Source: Eubacterium sp.
GTDB taxonomy: Bacteria; Bacillota; Clostridia; Peptostreptococcales; Anaerovoracaceae
Reading direction: 5' to 3'
Length of the DNA stretch: 64,000 nt
Assembly (NCBI GenBank): GCA_017511535.1
Contig: JAFWJS010000037.1
Location: forward strand, 23,025-87,024
The position numbers and the translations under genes are program-made. The notes beneath the pieces were generated by a model, which saw nothing but the letters and a program-made list of their open reading frames with translations, was not told the DNA's origin and did not search any database. Every line of letters starts with the position of its first letter. Positions within the stretch are counted from its first letter, which is position 1. Positions 17,984 to 27,333 of this stretch are shown here, in pieces.

Positions 17984-19327
17984 CTAGATGATGCCCTGTG
18001 ACATCATTGCGTCTGCTACTTTCTCGAATCCTGCGATGTTTGCGCCTGCTACGAGGTCATATCCAAGATCATACTTAGCAGCAGCTTCTTCTGCCTGCTT
18101 GTGGATGTTAATCATGATCTGCTCGAGCTGTGCATATACCTGCTCCTCAGTGAAGAACGTATGCTGAGCGTCCTGGCCCATCTCGATGCATGAGCACGCT
18201 ACGCCGCCCGCATTTGCTGCTTTTGCAGGTCCGATGATGACACCGTGCTCCTTGAAGTACTGAGTGGCTTCGTTGGTGCAAGGCATGTTGGAAGCTTCGC
18301 AGATGTATTTGACTCCGTTCTCTACCATCATCTTCGCGTCGTCGATATCGATCTCATTCTGAGTAGCACACGGCATGTAGATCTCGGCAGGGACTTCCCA
18401 AGGCTTCTTGCCTGCGAAGAACCTGGCGCCCTCGAACTTGTCAGCATATGGTGAGCACTTTCTGTTTCCTGACGATCTGAGCTCGAGCAGGTAATCCACT
18501 TTTTCACCTGTCACGCCGGCTTCATCAAGGACATATCCCTCGTGGTTGCTGATCGTGATGACCTTGGCGCCAAGCTCATTGAGTTTTTTGATCGTTCCCC
18601 ATGTAACGTTTCCATAACCTGAGACTACGACTGTCTTGCCCTCGAGTGATTCGCCGTTATGCTTCAGCATTTCTCTCAGGAACCATACAGCACCGTAGCC
18701 TGTGGCTTCTGCTCTTCCCTTGAGCCCGCCGAACGTCAGCGGTTTACCTGTGAGGATGCCCTGGAATCTGTTCGTGATCTTCTTGTACTCTCCGAACAGG
18801 TATCCGATCTCTCTTCCGCCTACGCCGATATCTCCGGCAGGTACGTCTGTATCAGGTCCGATGTGTCTGTAGAGCTCTGACATGAATGACTGGCAGAATC
18901 TCATTACTTCTCCGTCTGACTTTCCGGCAGGATCGAAGTCTGATCCGCCTTTGCCGCCTCCGATAGGAAGACCGGTCAGGCTGTTCTTGAAGATCTGTTC
19001 AAACCCGAGGAATTTGATGATCCCGGGATAAACTGTAGGATGGAAGCGGAGGCCTCCTTTATATGGACCAAGCGCGCTGTTGAACTCAAATCTGTAGCCT
19101 CTGTTGACCTGTACTTTTCCATTGTCGTCTACCCATGGAACTCTGAACTGGATCATTCTTTCAGGCTCGATAAGTCTCTCAACGATGCCCGCTTTGATAT
19201 ATTCCGGATGTGCCTCAAGCGACGGCTCTACGGAGGTAAGTACCTCTTCGACTGTCTGCAGGAACTCCGGCTCGTTTGGATAATGCTTCTTTGCGATCTC
19301 GATATACTGTTCTGCTAAATTCGCCAT
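17984..19327 (-). CDS. gdhA: Glutamate dehydrogenase (NADP-type family)
   Basis: 'GPYKGGLRFHP', 'GGGKGGSDFDP', 'DVPAGDIGVGGRE', 'KAANAGGV'. Confidence 0.96.
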   Translation of the reverse strand: MANLAEQYIEIAKKHYPNEPEFLQTVEEVLTSVEPSLEAHPEYIKAGIVERLIEPERMIQFRVPWVDDNGKVQVNRGYRFEFNSALGPYKGGLRFHPTVYPGIIKFLGFEQIFKNSLTGLPIGGGKGGSDFDPAGKSDGEVMRFCQSFMSELYRHIGPDTDVPAGDIGVGGREIGYLFGEYKKITNRFQGILTGKPLTFGGLKGRAEATGYGAVWFLREMLKHNGESLEGKTVVVSGYGNVTWGTIKKLNELGAKVITISNHEGYVLDEAGVTGEKVDYLLELRSSGNRKCSPYADKFEGARFFAGKKPWEVPAEIYMPCATQNEIDIDDAKMMVENGVKYICEASNMPCTNEATQYFKEHGVIIGPAKAANAGGVACSCIEMGQDAQHTFFTEEQVYAQLEQIMINIHKQAEEAAAKYDLGYDLVAGANIAGFEKVADAMMSQGII

Positions 19328-19538
19328 AGTTACACCTTTCTTCTCAACTCATAAATATAACTTATTATGTGTTTTTATCATACCACCCGCTTAAAACGAG
19401 GTAAAGTGTATTTCTGGAAAAACATTTTTAGTACAAATCGCAGCTATATAAAAAACCGATATATTTAGTATTTTTATGGAATACGTCTACTATTAAGTGG
19501 TATTATTTGTATAGAAAAACCCATAAGGAGGACGAGCT

Positions 19539-21779
19539 ATGAAGAAAGGCATTATCAAGTTGACAGCTTTGTTCACTGTAGCTCTGATGTGCATGACGAT
19601 GATACCTTCCGCAGCGTTTGCTGAAGATGATCATGTACATTCGATGGAGTACGTGGAGAAAGTGGAAGCCACATGCCAGAAGTCAGGTATGGAGGCACAT
19701 TATTACTGTTCCGGATGCGATAATCTGTTCGCCAAGGATGACGCAGAAGGAAAGACTCCTATAGAAGGAGAAGATCTCATCATACCGATCAAAAAGCATG
19801 ACTGGGATGATGGCGTGGTTGAGCGTGAAGCGACTCCGAAAAAACCGGGGATCATTACGTATACATGTAAGGTCTGCGGCACAAAGAATTCAGAGGAAAT
19901 AGAATATGTTGATCCGCCTGAACCGGTAAAGAGCGCAAAGAAGTTCTCGCTTGACGGATATAAGCTGCAGTTCAGTGAAGCCGTGGGAAAGAAGCCTCAG
20001 AAATTCATGGCCAAGGCAAAAGTGGACCATGTGTGGGTCAAAGGCGGAAAGCAGAAAGTCACGGTATACTGGAAAGTCAACAACGATATGAAGATCGCCG
20101 ACGGCTTGATCATCCTCAGAAAGACCGGATCTTCAGGCGTATATAAAGAAGTAAAGAGAGTGCTTCTGAAAAAGAACGATAAAGGCACCCTTAAATGGGA
20201 TCCGAAGACATACTTTGTTGATAAGACAGCAAAGAAGAAGAACACATCTTACTCATATATCGCTGTTGCATATCTTGTCGAGGACATCAACACATATATC
20301 ACACACTGTTCAGACTGGGCTGCCGCGCAGACTTCTGCAAGCAAGCTGAAGAATGTCTATAAGGCGGATATGAGCAAAAAGTCTCTCAGCCTGCAGTATA
20401 AAGGCACAGCTGCAGTGAAGGTGAATATCAGCAAGCCAAAGACGAAGTTCATGGCCGGCAAGATCCGCTGGTACTCAGACAACACTAAAGTTGCAAAGGT
20501 AAGCAGCAAGGGCAAGGTCACAGCAGCAAAGCCGGGCAGCACGAAGATACGCGCGAGACTGGCAAGCGGAAATGATGTGACATGCAAAGTATCAGTCGTT
20601 GGAGCTTTTACCCCTGAAACTCCAAAACTGAAAGTAGACATCGCGTCAAACAGCAGTATCTCCCTTGTATGGAACAAGACAAAGAACGCGACGTCATATG
20701 ACATTTACCGTTCTGACGACGGTATCCACTGGAAGAAGCCTTCAGCCAAGCAGGGCACGACCAAGATCAAAGGAACTGCCAAGAAGATCACCGGTCTCAA
20801 GAAAGGCCAGAGATACGCGTTCTACGTTGAGGCAAGAAACGATAACCATGGATACACAGCGACAAGCAGACATTCCAACGTCGTATATCAGAAGGCTGTC
20901 ATCAAGCGCAGACCTACGGTCGTCACAGGATGGCAAACATCTAAGAAACTTTATGCGGGACAGTCGTTCATACTGTCGCTTACAGCAACTTCGCCTGACG
21001 GAAGAAGGGCAAGCCTCCAGAAGCTGAACGGCAAGAAGTGGGTGACTCAGAAAACGGTAACGCTTCCTAAGGGAGCCGGTAAAGCTGCGTTCAAGCTGCT
21101 GTTCCCGAATACATGGTGGGGGCACAAGACATCGTGGAGATTAGTTATCCCGAGGACCAATACGTCAGACGAGTATGTCAGCAAAACTCTCGTTATCCAG
21201 AGCGTCAGAGTTTATCAGAATCCGTCGCAGTACGTACAGATAAAAGACACTATAGATAAGCACGGATATAACTATTACACGTCCAAGGTTCTCGTAAACA
21301 GCACAAGCAACAGGTATAACCATGTTGAAGCACTGATAACGACTGCGAACAAGTATCTCGGAGATACTTACCTGAACGGCAAGTCCGGCGCTCCGGGCAA
21401 GGGTATCGACGCTCCGGGACTCGTGATGCAGTCATGCTACGGAGCCGGCGTCGATCTGTGGCCGATAAGCCCTTCAACAAGGCCGATCGACTGCACTGAA
21501 AGAATATTTAAAGGATCAAAGCTGGCAAATGTTTCGAATTATGATTATGATCCGAAAAGCACAGATTTTAAGAATGTTTATCGCGGCGACCTGATATTCT
21601 TCTATACAGGAAAGAACTATGTCGGCCATGTCGCCATATATCTCGGACTGGGTAAAGTGATACACGCCAGTCAGGTAACAGGTAAAGTTGAAACGACGAC
21701 TCTTAAGAAGCTTGTCAGCAAAGATGGAAAGTACAAGTACAAGATCGCCGGTGTCAAGAGAATATTCTGCTTCATCTGA
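19539..21779 (+). CDS. Secreted FN3/Ig-like multidomain protein with a C-terminal NlpC/P60 domain lacking the canonical Cys
   Basis: Signal peptide; His/Cys-rich N-terminal repeats; Big_2-like 'WYSDNTKVAKVSSKGKVTA'; FN3; 'GIDAPGLV...GDLIFF...GHVAIYLG.GKVIHAS'. Confidence 0.85.
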   Translation: MKKGIIKLTALFTVALMCMTMIPSAAFAEDDHVHSMEYVEKVEATCQKSGMEAHYYCSGCDNLFAKDDAEGKTPIEGEDLIIPIKKHDWDDGVVEREATPKKPGIITYTCKVCGTKNSEEIEYVDPPEPVKSAKKFSLDGYKLQFSEAVGKKPQKFMAKAKVDHVWVKGGKQKVTVYWKVNNDMKIADGLIILRKTGSSGVYKEVKRVLLKKNDKGTLKWDPKTYFVDKTAKKKNTSYSYIAVAYLVEDINTYITHCSDWAAAQTSASKLKNVYKADMSKKSLSLQYKGTAAVKVNISKPKTKFMAGKIRWYSDNTKVAKVSSKGKVTAAKPGSTKIRARLASGNDVTCKVSVVGAFTPETPKLKVDIASNSSISLVWNKTKNATSYDIYRSDDGIHWKKPSAKQGTTKIKGTAKKITGLKKGQRYAFYVEARNDNHGYTATSRHSNVVYQKAVIKRRPTVVTGWQTSKKLYAGQSFILSLTATSPDGRRASLQKLNGKKWVTQKTVTLPKGAGKAAFKLLFPNTWWGHKTSWRLVIPRTNTSDEYVSKTLVIQSVRVYQNPSQYVQIKDTIDKHGYNYYTSKVLVNSTSNRYNHVEALITTANKYLGDTYLNGKSGAPGKGIDAPGLVMQSCYGAGVDLWPISPSTRPIDCTERIFKGSKLANVSNYDYDPKSTDFKNVYRGDLIFFYTGKNYVGHVAIYLGLGKVIHASQVTGKVETTTLKKLVSKDGKYKYKIAGVKRIFCFI

Positions 21780-21793
21780 TAGGAGGGGATATT

Positions 21794-23224
21794 ATGGATA
21801 TGAAAAGAAAATTCTTTACGCTGATAATAATGGCAGCGATGATGCTTACCTTCCTGCCTGCTGCAGTATTCGCCGAAGGTGAGGAGCCGGTCAAGCCGGT
21901 AAAGGCAGAGTGGGACAGCTTTTTCAACCTCAGGGGAGTTGTCGGGACAGATGAGCTGACAAATCTTGAAACTACTAATCTTGCCGGTTTCGTAGTCACA
22001 TTCAGCGACGGCTCGACTAAGGAATATACATATAACGAGTATGTACACGATGAAGGGACCCCGGGTGAATATACAGAGAAGGGATTCTATGCAGAAGGCG
22101 AAGACCCTGAAAGCGAGGCCTCATCATTCTATCCGTATATCAGTGAAGAAGACGGTACGGTTGAATTCAAGGAAGGCTGGAATGATGCGAAGCTTCAGAT
22201 GATGATCCCGTACGTGGTCTCCGGTAAGGGTACTGACGATGAAGTTATAGATTATGAAACAGTATCAGTCGACGTCAGAGTACTCTGCGAGGTGGCGAGA
22301 CCTCTTAAAGTTGAATTCGTACCTGCCGAAGGATTCACTCCGAGATGCAGCATCGGACTTAATTATCTTACGGTAGAGGATTTTTACGGTGAGGGTAATA
22401 AGTTCATAGTTACGAAGCAGGCGTGGGAAGACGGCGACGACGAATATGTTGAAGTACCTTATGCATACTATTATGCAAAGGGTACGACCATTGACGGCGA
22501 GGAAACGGAAGGTTTCTTCCTGAGCGGAAAGGTCGATTCCACCCGCTTTGAGTTTGAGGAAGAAGTATTCAACCTCAGCAAAGGCGTGAACGAAGTGGAA
22601 CTGACTTATACCGAATATATTACTGAGCTTGATGACGAAGTGTCCGTTCAGTTCACGATTCCGGTCGATGTCCAGAGATATGACGTATACGCTGACTTCC
22701 CTATCTATGACTATACGGGGAAAGTCATAAAGCCGTCATTTAGGGTATATAATTCTGACGATGTGAAGATCCCGTCCAAACAGTATACTTTCGCCGAACC
22801 GTCGAACAAGAAGATGGGCTGGTACAATGTGGAGATCACATTCAAAGATGAGTTCAAGGATAATTATATCGAGCCTTCATTTACCGCTTCATACGGGATC
22901 GGCCCTAAGATGCCTGTGTTCAGTAAGATCGTCGGCGGTAAAAAGAGCCTTACCATCACTTGGAAGAAGCTTACTTCGTCACAGCTGAAGAATGTCGACG
23001 GATATTATATAGATATCGCACGTGACAAGAATTTCATGAAGTCAGCGAAGACATATAAGGTAACGAGTAAGACGCTTAAGGCAGGCAAGAAGGTCATCAA
23101 GAAGCTCGCCAAAGGTAAGAAATACTACGTCCAGATGTATGCGTACAAGAAGATCAAACAGCACGGCGTTTCATTCGACATGCCTTCAGAGTACACTAAG
23201 GTGAAGACGGGAAAGACGAAATAA
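21794..23224 (+). CDS. Secreted acidic protein with two tandem beta-rich repeats and a basic C-terminal FN3-like domain
   Basis: Signal peptide ending VFA; internal repeat 'P.K.E......F.VT...Y.Y...GF...G.N'; C-terminal 'KSLTITWKK...DGY...GKKYYV..YAY'. Confidence 0.75.
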   Translation: MDMKRKFFTLIIMAAMMLTFLPAAVFAEGEEPVKPVKAEWDSFFNLRGVVGTDELTNLETTNLAGFVVTFSDGSTKEYTYNEYVHDEGTPGEYTEKGFYAEGEDPESEASSFYPYISEEDGTVEFKEGWNDAKLQMMIPYVVSGKGTDDEVIDYETVSVDVRVLCEVARPLKVEFVPAEGFTPRCSIGLNYLTVEDFYGEGNKFIVTKQAWEDGDDEYVEVPYAYYYAKGTTIDGEETEGFFLSGKVDSTRFEFEEEVFNLSKGVNEVELTYTEYITELDDEVSVQFTIPVDVQRYDVYADFPIYDYTGKVIKPSFRVYNSDDVKIPSKQYTFAEPSNKKMGWYNVEITFKDEFKDNYIEPSFTASYGIGPKMPVFSKIVGGKKSLTITWKKLTSSQLKNVDGYYIDIARDKNFMKSAKTYKVTSKTLKAGKKVIKKLAKGKKYYVQMYAYKKIKQHGVSFDMPSEYTKVKTGKTK

Positions 23225-23230
23225 ACTGTA

Positions 23231-24685
23231 ATGATCAGAAAGATAAAGCCCAGATACGACGACGATACAGTCTTAAGTATACTGAGGCGAAATAAAATAT
23301 ATATCTTTGCAGACTGCGGAGGAAGAGGAACATGTGGAAGATGCAGGGTCAGGATCACTGATCCTGCATCTTGTGATGTGCCTTCGGATGCAGAAAGAGC
23401 GCTTTTATCCGAAAATGAGATCGCCGGAGGGATCAGGCTTGCATGCATGGCAAGAGTGACTGGTCCCGCCGAAGTAGAGATACTGCCGGACTCTCTCATA
23501 CCGGAGGAGTCGGGACACGGCGACATTGCGGCGCGTAAGATAGAGCCTCTTCTTCAGTCTGAGGTGATCGCAGTCGATTACGGCACTACGATGATATCCG
23601 GGGCAGTCGTGGATCTGAACAAGGGTGTGATCTCGGAAGCATCAGTGATAAACCACCAGAAAGCATACGGAGCTGACGTGATCTCCAGGATACGTGCCGC
23701 AAACGATGGCTGCGGCGAAGAGCTGAGGCTCATCTCACAGGATGATCTGGAGGACCTTGCAGTAAGGTTGGGCCGCGACCCTGAAGGCGCGCGCTACATC
23801 ATCTCCGGAAACACAGTTATGGGACATCTCATATCCGGGTTCTCGCTCAAAGGACTTGGTGAGTATCCGTATACTCCTGTAGATATCTCGCTCAGGCGGG
23901 ACGGAAATCTTACGTTCCTCCCCGGGATAAGCGCTTTTGTCGGGGCTGATACGGTAAGCGGCATCTGTGCGTGCTCGCTGGACAAAGCCGGAGCACCATG
24001 GCTGTATGTGGATATAGGCACCAACGGCGAAATGGTGCTCGGAGCGGGAAGCGACGTGCTCGCGGCTTCCGCGCCGGCTGGTCCCGCATTTGAGGGGAGC
24101 GGGATAAGCTGCGGCATGCCGGATATATACGGCGCTGTGACAGGCGTCGTGATGACAGGCCGGAAAGCCGTCGTATCCTGTGAAGGAGGTGCTTCCCCGA
24201 AAGGGGTCTGCGGAAGCGGTGTGATAGATCTGATGGCTGAGCTCGTCAGGAACAGGATCATCGATGAGAACGGTACTCTGGCAGACGAATTCGCTGAGGA
24301 CGGTTTCCCTGTGCAGGGAGACATTGTGCTCACTCAGAGAGATATCCGCGAGATACAGAAAGCCAAAGCTGCGATCCGCGCCGGGATCGAGACGCTGATA
24401 GATGAAAGCGGGATAGAAAGAAACAGCATCAAAAAGCTCGTGATAGCGGGGAGCTTCGGTTCCGGTATCGATATGGAGAAAGCCGCGTATATAGGGCTGA
24501 TACCGGAGGACATTCTCAAGGCAGCAGGGACAGCAGGCAACGCGTCGCTTACCGGCGCCACGCTCTACGCTCTGGATACCGGGTTCGGGAACAGGCTGAA
24601 GTCATTCTGCGACAGGGCTGAAGTGCTGGAACTTTCATGTATCCCGGAATTTCCTGCGAGATATATATCATATATGGGGGTATAG
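23231..24685 (+). CDS. ASKHA-fold corrinoid reductive activator family protein (RACo/DUF4445) with a 2Fe-2S domain
   Basis: CGGRGTCGRC...RLAC; 'DYGTT', 'YGADVISRI', 'DIGTNGE', 'PAGPAFEG', 'CGSG', 'TQRDIREIQKAK'. Confidence 0.9.
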   Translation: MIRKIKPRYDDDTVLSILRRNKIYIFADCGGRGTCGRCRVRITDPASCDVPSDAERALLSENEIAGGIRLACMARVTGPAEVEILPDSLIPEESGHGDIAARKIEPLLQSEVIAVDYGTTMISGAVVDLNKGVISEASVINHQKAYGADVISRIRAANDGCGEELRLISQDDLEDLAVRLGRDPEGARYIISGNTVMGHLISGFSLKGLGEYPYTPVDISLRRDGNLTFLPGISAFVGADTVSGICACSLDKAGAPWLYVDIGTNGEMVLGAGSDVLAASAPAGPAFEGSGISCGMPDIYGAVTGVVMTGRKAVVSCEGGASPKGVCGSGVIDLMAELVRNRIIDENGTLADEFAEDGFPVQGDIVLTQRDIREIQKAKAAIRAGIETLIDESGIERNSIKKLVIAGSFGSGIDMEKAAYIGLIPEDILKAAGTAGNASLTGATLYALDTGFGNRLKSFCDRAEVLELSCIPEFPARYISYMGV

Positions 24686-24707
24686 TTGAAAAAACAGCTT
24701 TTCTGCC

Positions 24708-24736
24708 TTGAATACGGGATTTTTAAAGGGTATAAT
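24708..24736 (+). promoter_or_regulatory. SigA promoter of the mgtE leader
   Basis: TTGAAT, 17-nt spacer, TATAAT. Confidence 0.8.
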
Positions 24737-24806
24737 CGTTAATAGACCCAAAGCGGAGGCTATCTTCCGCATAAGTTTCTGAAATTAATAAGAGGGAGGT
24801 GCGAGT

Positions 24807-24914
24807 ATGGACAGTGTTCCTTTGGACAGTAACAGTTCAGAAGTCCGAGAACAGAGAATAAGGCAGACTTATGCCGTTGCTCGCAGGACCCTCTTTTTTG
24901 ATCTTTACAGGTAA
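24807..24914 (+). CDS. Putative 35-aa leader peptide (uORF) of mgtE
   Basis: Strong SD GGGAGGT 6 nt before ATG; MDSVPLDSNSSEVREQRIRQTYAVARRTLFFDLYR*; below the ORF-track cutoff. Confidence 0.7.
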   Translation: MDSVPLDSNSSEVREQRIRQTYAVARRTLFFDLYR

Positions 24915-24990
24915 TATTCTTTTTATTTACTGATCATAAACAAGGGATTCTCCAGAGCAGCGCTTCTGCCGGAAATGGAGGGCAAGGCCA

Positions 24991-26397
24991 ATGGAGAATA
25001 CGATTCTGGACAGGGATACTCTTATAGACGAGGCTCTTGAGAAGATCCTTGATTTCCTCGATAGAAAACAATATTTCAAGGCCCGCGACGTGCTGCTGGA
25101 ATTCAACGCAGCCGATATAGCGGACATCATGGAAGACGTGAACGATGAGGTCGATATACATATGACCGTCATCCTGTTCAGGCTGCTACCAAAAGATCTT
25201 GCGGTAGACGTTTTCTCATACATGTCTCCTGAAGATCAGGTCAACATAGTAAATGCGATAACTGATAAGGAAATCTCATTCATCGTACAGGAACTGGATT
25301 TCGACGATAAGATCGATATCCTGGAAGAGCTGCCGGCTACGGTCGTCAGCAAGATACTTGCCAAGACGCCGAAAGACGAACGCAGCATGATCAACCAGTT
25401 CCTGAACTACCCGGCAGACAGCGCCGGGAGCCTTATGACTCCTGAGTATATCAGCCTTAACCAGGACTGGACTGTCGGAGAGTCGCTCAAGCGTATCAAA
25501 GACGGCGGCCGCGACGCTGAGACGATATATACCTGCTATGTGAAAGACGCAGGCAGAAAGCTTATCGGCATCGTTTCCCTGTCGACGCTCGTAACGACAG
25601 ACAGCGATGTACTGATCAGGGACATCATGCATACTGAATATGTATGCGAGCATGTGCTGGACGACCAGGAGAAAGTATCTGAAGACTTCAAGAAGTATGA
25701 CTACATGGCTCTTCCGGTCGTGGATAAAGAGCACAGGATAGTGGGCATCATTACAGTCGACGATATCCTGGACGTAATGGAAAGCGAGGCCACAGAGGAC
25801 ATCGAGAGGATGAACGGAGTTATCGACTTCAAGGATAACGACCGTGGATATCTCGATATCCCTGTATGGCAGCACGCTGTAAACAGGCTGCCGTGGCTTC
25901 TGATACTGATGGTCGCGTATATATTCACGGGAATGATCGTTACGAGATTCGAGGCATCGCTTTCCAAGGTAATACAGCTCGTTACTTACATGCCGATGCT
26001 GATGGGGACAGGCGGAAATACCGGATCACAGGCTGCAACGCTGATCATCCGCGGACTCGCGACAGGCGAGGTGGAAACGGATGACTGGCTGAAGGTCGTA
26101 TGGAAAGAGTTCAGGATAGGCATAATAATCGGAGTCATACTTTCATTCGTGAATTTCTTCAGGGTATGCTGGCTCGACGGCTCCAGCGTTCCTATAGCGC
26201 TCACGGTCTGCTCCGCGATGCTTGTGATAGTCATATTCGCCAAGCTGATCGGATGCATGATCCCGCTGATAGTAAAGAAAGTGAACCTTGACCCTGCGCT
26301 TATAGCGAACCCTGCCATATCGTCCGTATCAGACGCTGTAGCGCTCACGATCTACTTTGCGATGGCTTCGATATTCCTTTCGTCACAGCTTGGATAG
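24991..26397 (+). CDS. mgtE: Magnesium transporter MgtE
   Basis: N domain, CBS pair ('YP.DSAGSLMTPEY', 'GIITVDD'), 'RLPWL', 'GTGGNTGSQ', 'DPAL...P.I....D'. Confidence 0.96.
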   Translation: MENTILDRDTLIDEALEKILDFLDRKQYFKARDVLLEFNAADIADIMEDVNDEVDIHMTVILFRLLPKDLAVDVFSYMSPEDQVNIVNAITDKEISFIVQELDFDDKIDILEELPATVVSKILAKTPKDERSMINQFLNYPADSAGSLMTPEYISLNQDWTVGESLKRIKDGGRDAETIYTCYVKDAGRKLIGIVSLSTLVTTDSDVLIRDIMHTEYVCEHVLDDQEKVSEDFKKYDYMALPVVDKEHRIVGIITVDDILDVMESEATEDIERMNGVIDFKDNDRGYLDIPVWQHAVNRLPWLLILMVAYIFTGMIVTRFEASLSKVIQLVTYMPMLMGTGGNTGSQAATLIIRGLATGEVETDDWLKVVWKEFRIGIIIGVILSFVNFFRVCWLDGSSVPIALTVCSAMLVIVIFAKLIGCMIPLIVKKVNLDPALIANPAISSVSDAVALTIYFAMASIFLSSQLG

Positions 26398-26409
26398 CAG
26401 GTGGAAGTA

Positions 26410-27312
26410 ATGGATGATTCGCTGAAAAAGATAAATCAGATATTTGTAAAGAAATATATAAAGAAAAGGCTCCCCAGCGCTCATAAGGGAGACTTCGGTC
26501 ATGTGCTGATCATAGCAGGTGAAGCCGGTATGGCGGGCGCATGCTGTTTCGCAGCCAAAGCGGCGCTCAGGACAGGATCCGGTCTGGTATATGTATGCAC
26601 ACCTGAGAAGAACTTCACGGCAGTCCAGATCAACGTCCCTGAGGCTGTATGCGTTACCTGGGAACAAGTGAAAGGGAAGCTGGAGGACCCTGTGCCTTCG
26701 GCAGGCGCACATTTCGGAAGCTACGACGTTGTGGCTTTCGGCCCGGGCATGGGTATGGGTGATACCGCGAAAGCGATGCTTGCCGCGGTGCTTGATAAGT
26801 TTGACGGTCCTCTAGTTCTTGACGCGGACGGTCTGAATATGATAGCGGAGGACGACAGCCTCAGAGAAAAATTCTTTACATATAAAGGTGAAAAGGTGAT
26901 CACCCCGCATCAGGGCGAGGCTGTCAGGCTGCTTGCAGGAGCGAGACTTGGCACAGGAGACAGAGAAGATGTGGCAACCGCGCTGTCAGTGGGTTATAAT
27001 ACAATTACAGTGCTTAAGGGGCATGATACGCTCGTCGCGAGGCGAAGCGTAACTGAGACAGAGATAATGCAGAATACTGCCGGCGGTCCGGGTATGGCTA
27101 CGGCAGGTTCGGGAGACGTGCTTACCGGCGTGATAGCATCACTGTCCGGACAGAAGCTGGGACTTTATGAAGCTGCGGCCTGCGGCGTTTATATCCATGG
27201 CAGAGCAGGTGATATGGCAGCGGCTGAGAAAGGCGAATACGGGATGATAGCAAGCGACATCATAAGCTATCTGCCGTACGCGATAAAGGAGTTCGTTAAT
27301 AAAGGGCTGTAA
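26410..27312 (+). CDS. nnrD: ADP-dependent NAD(P)H-hydrate dehydratase
   Basis: 'HKGDFG', 'GPGMG', 'LDADGL', 'ITPH.GE', 'MATAGSGDVL'. Confidence 0.93.
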   Translation: MDDSLKKINQIFVKKYIKKRLPSAHKGDFGHVLIIAGEAGMAGACCFAAKAALRTGSGLVYVCTPEKNFTAVQINVPEAVCVTWEQVKGKLEDPVPSAGAHFGSYDVVAFGPGMGMGDTAKAMLAAVLDKFDGPLVLDADGLNMIAEDDSLREKFFTYKGEKVITPHQGEAVRLLAGARLGTGDREDVATALSVGYNTITVLKGHDTLVARRSVTETEIMQNTAGGPGMATAGSGDVLTGVIASLSGQKLGLYEAAACGVYIHGRAGDMAAAEKGEYGMIASDIISYLPYAIKEFVNKGL

Positions 27313-27333
27313 CAGTTTTGAAAGGAAGCAGGC

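Noticed and set aside
24773-24787. CodY-like box AAGTTTCTGAAATTA
   Set aside because: Three mismatches to AATTTTCWGAAAATT in AT-rich DNA; not distinguishable from chance
24740-24990. M-box (ykoK) riboswitch upstream of mgtE
   Set aside because: Expected from context, but I could not identify its conserved core or a terminator hairpin by eye; a covariance search is needed to exclude it fully
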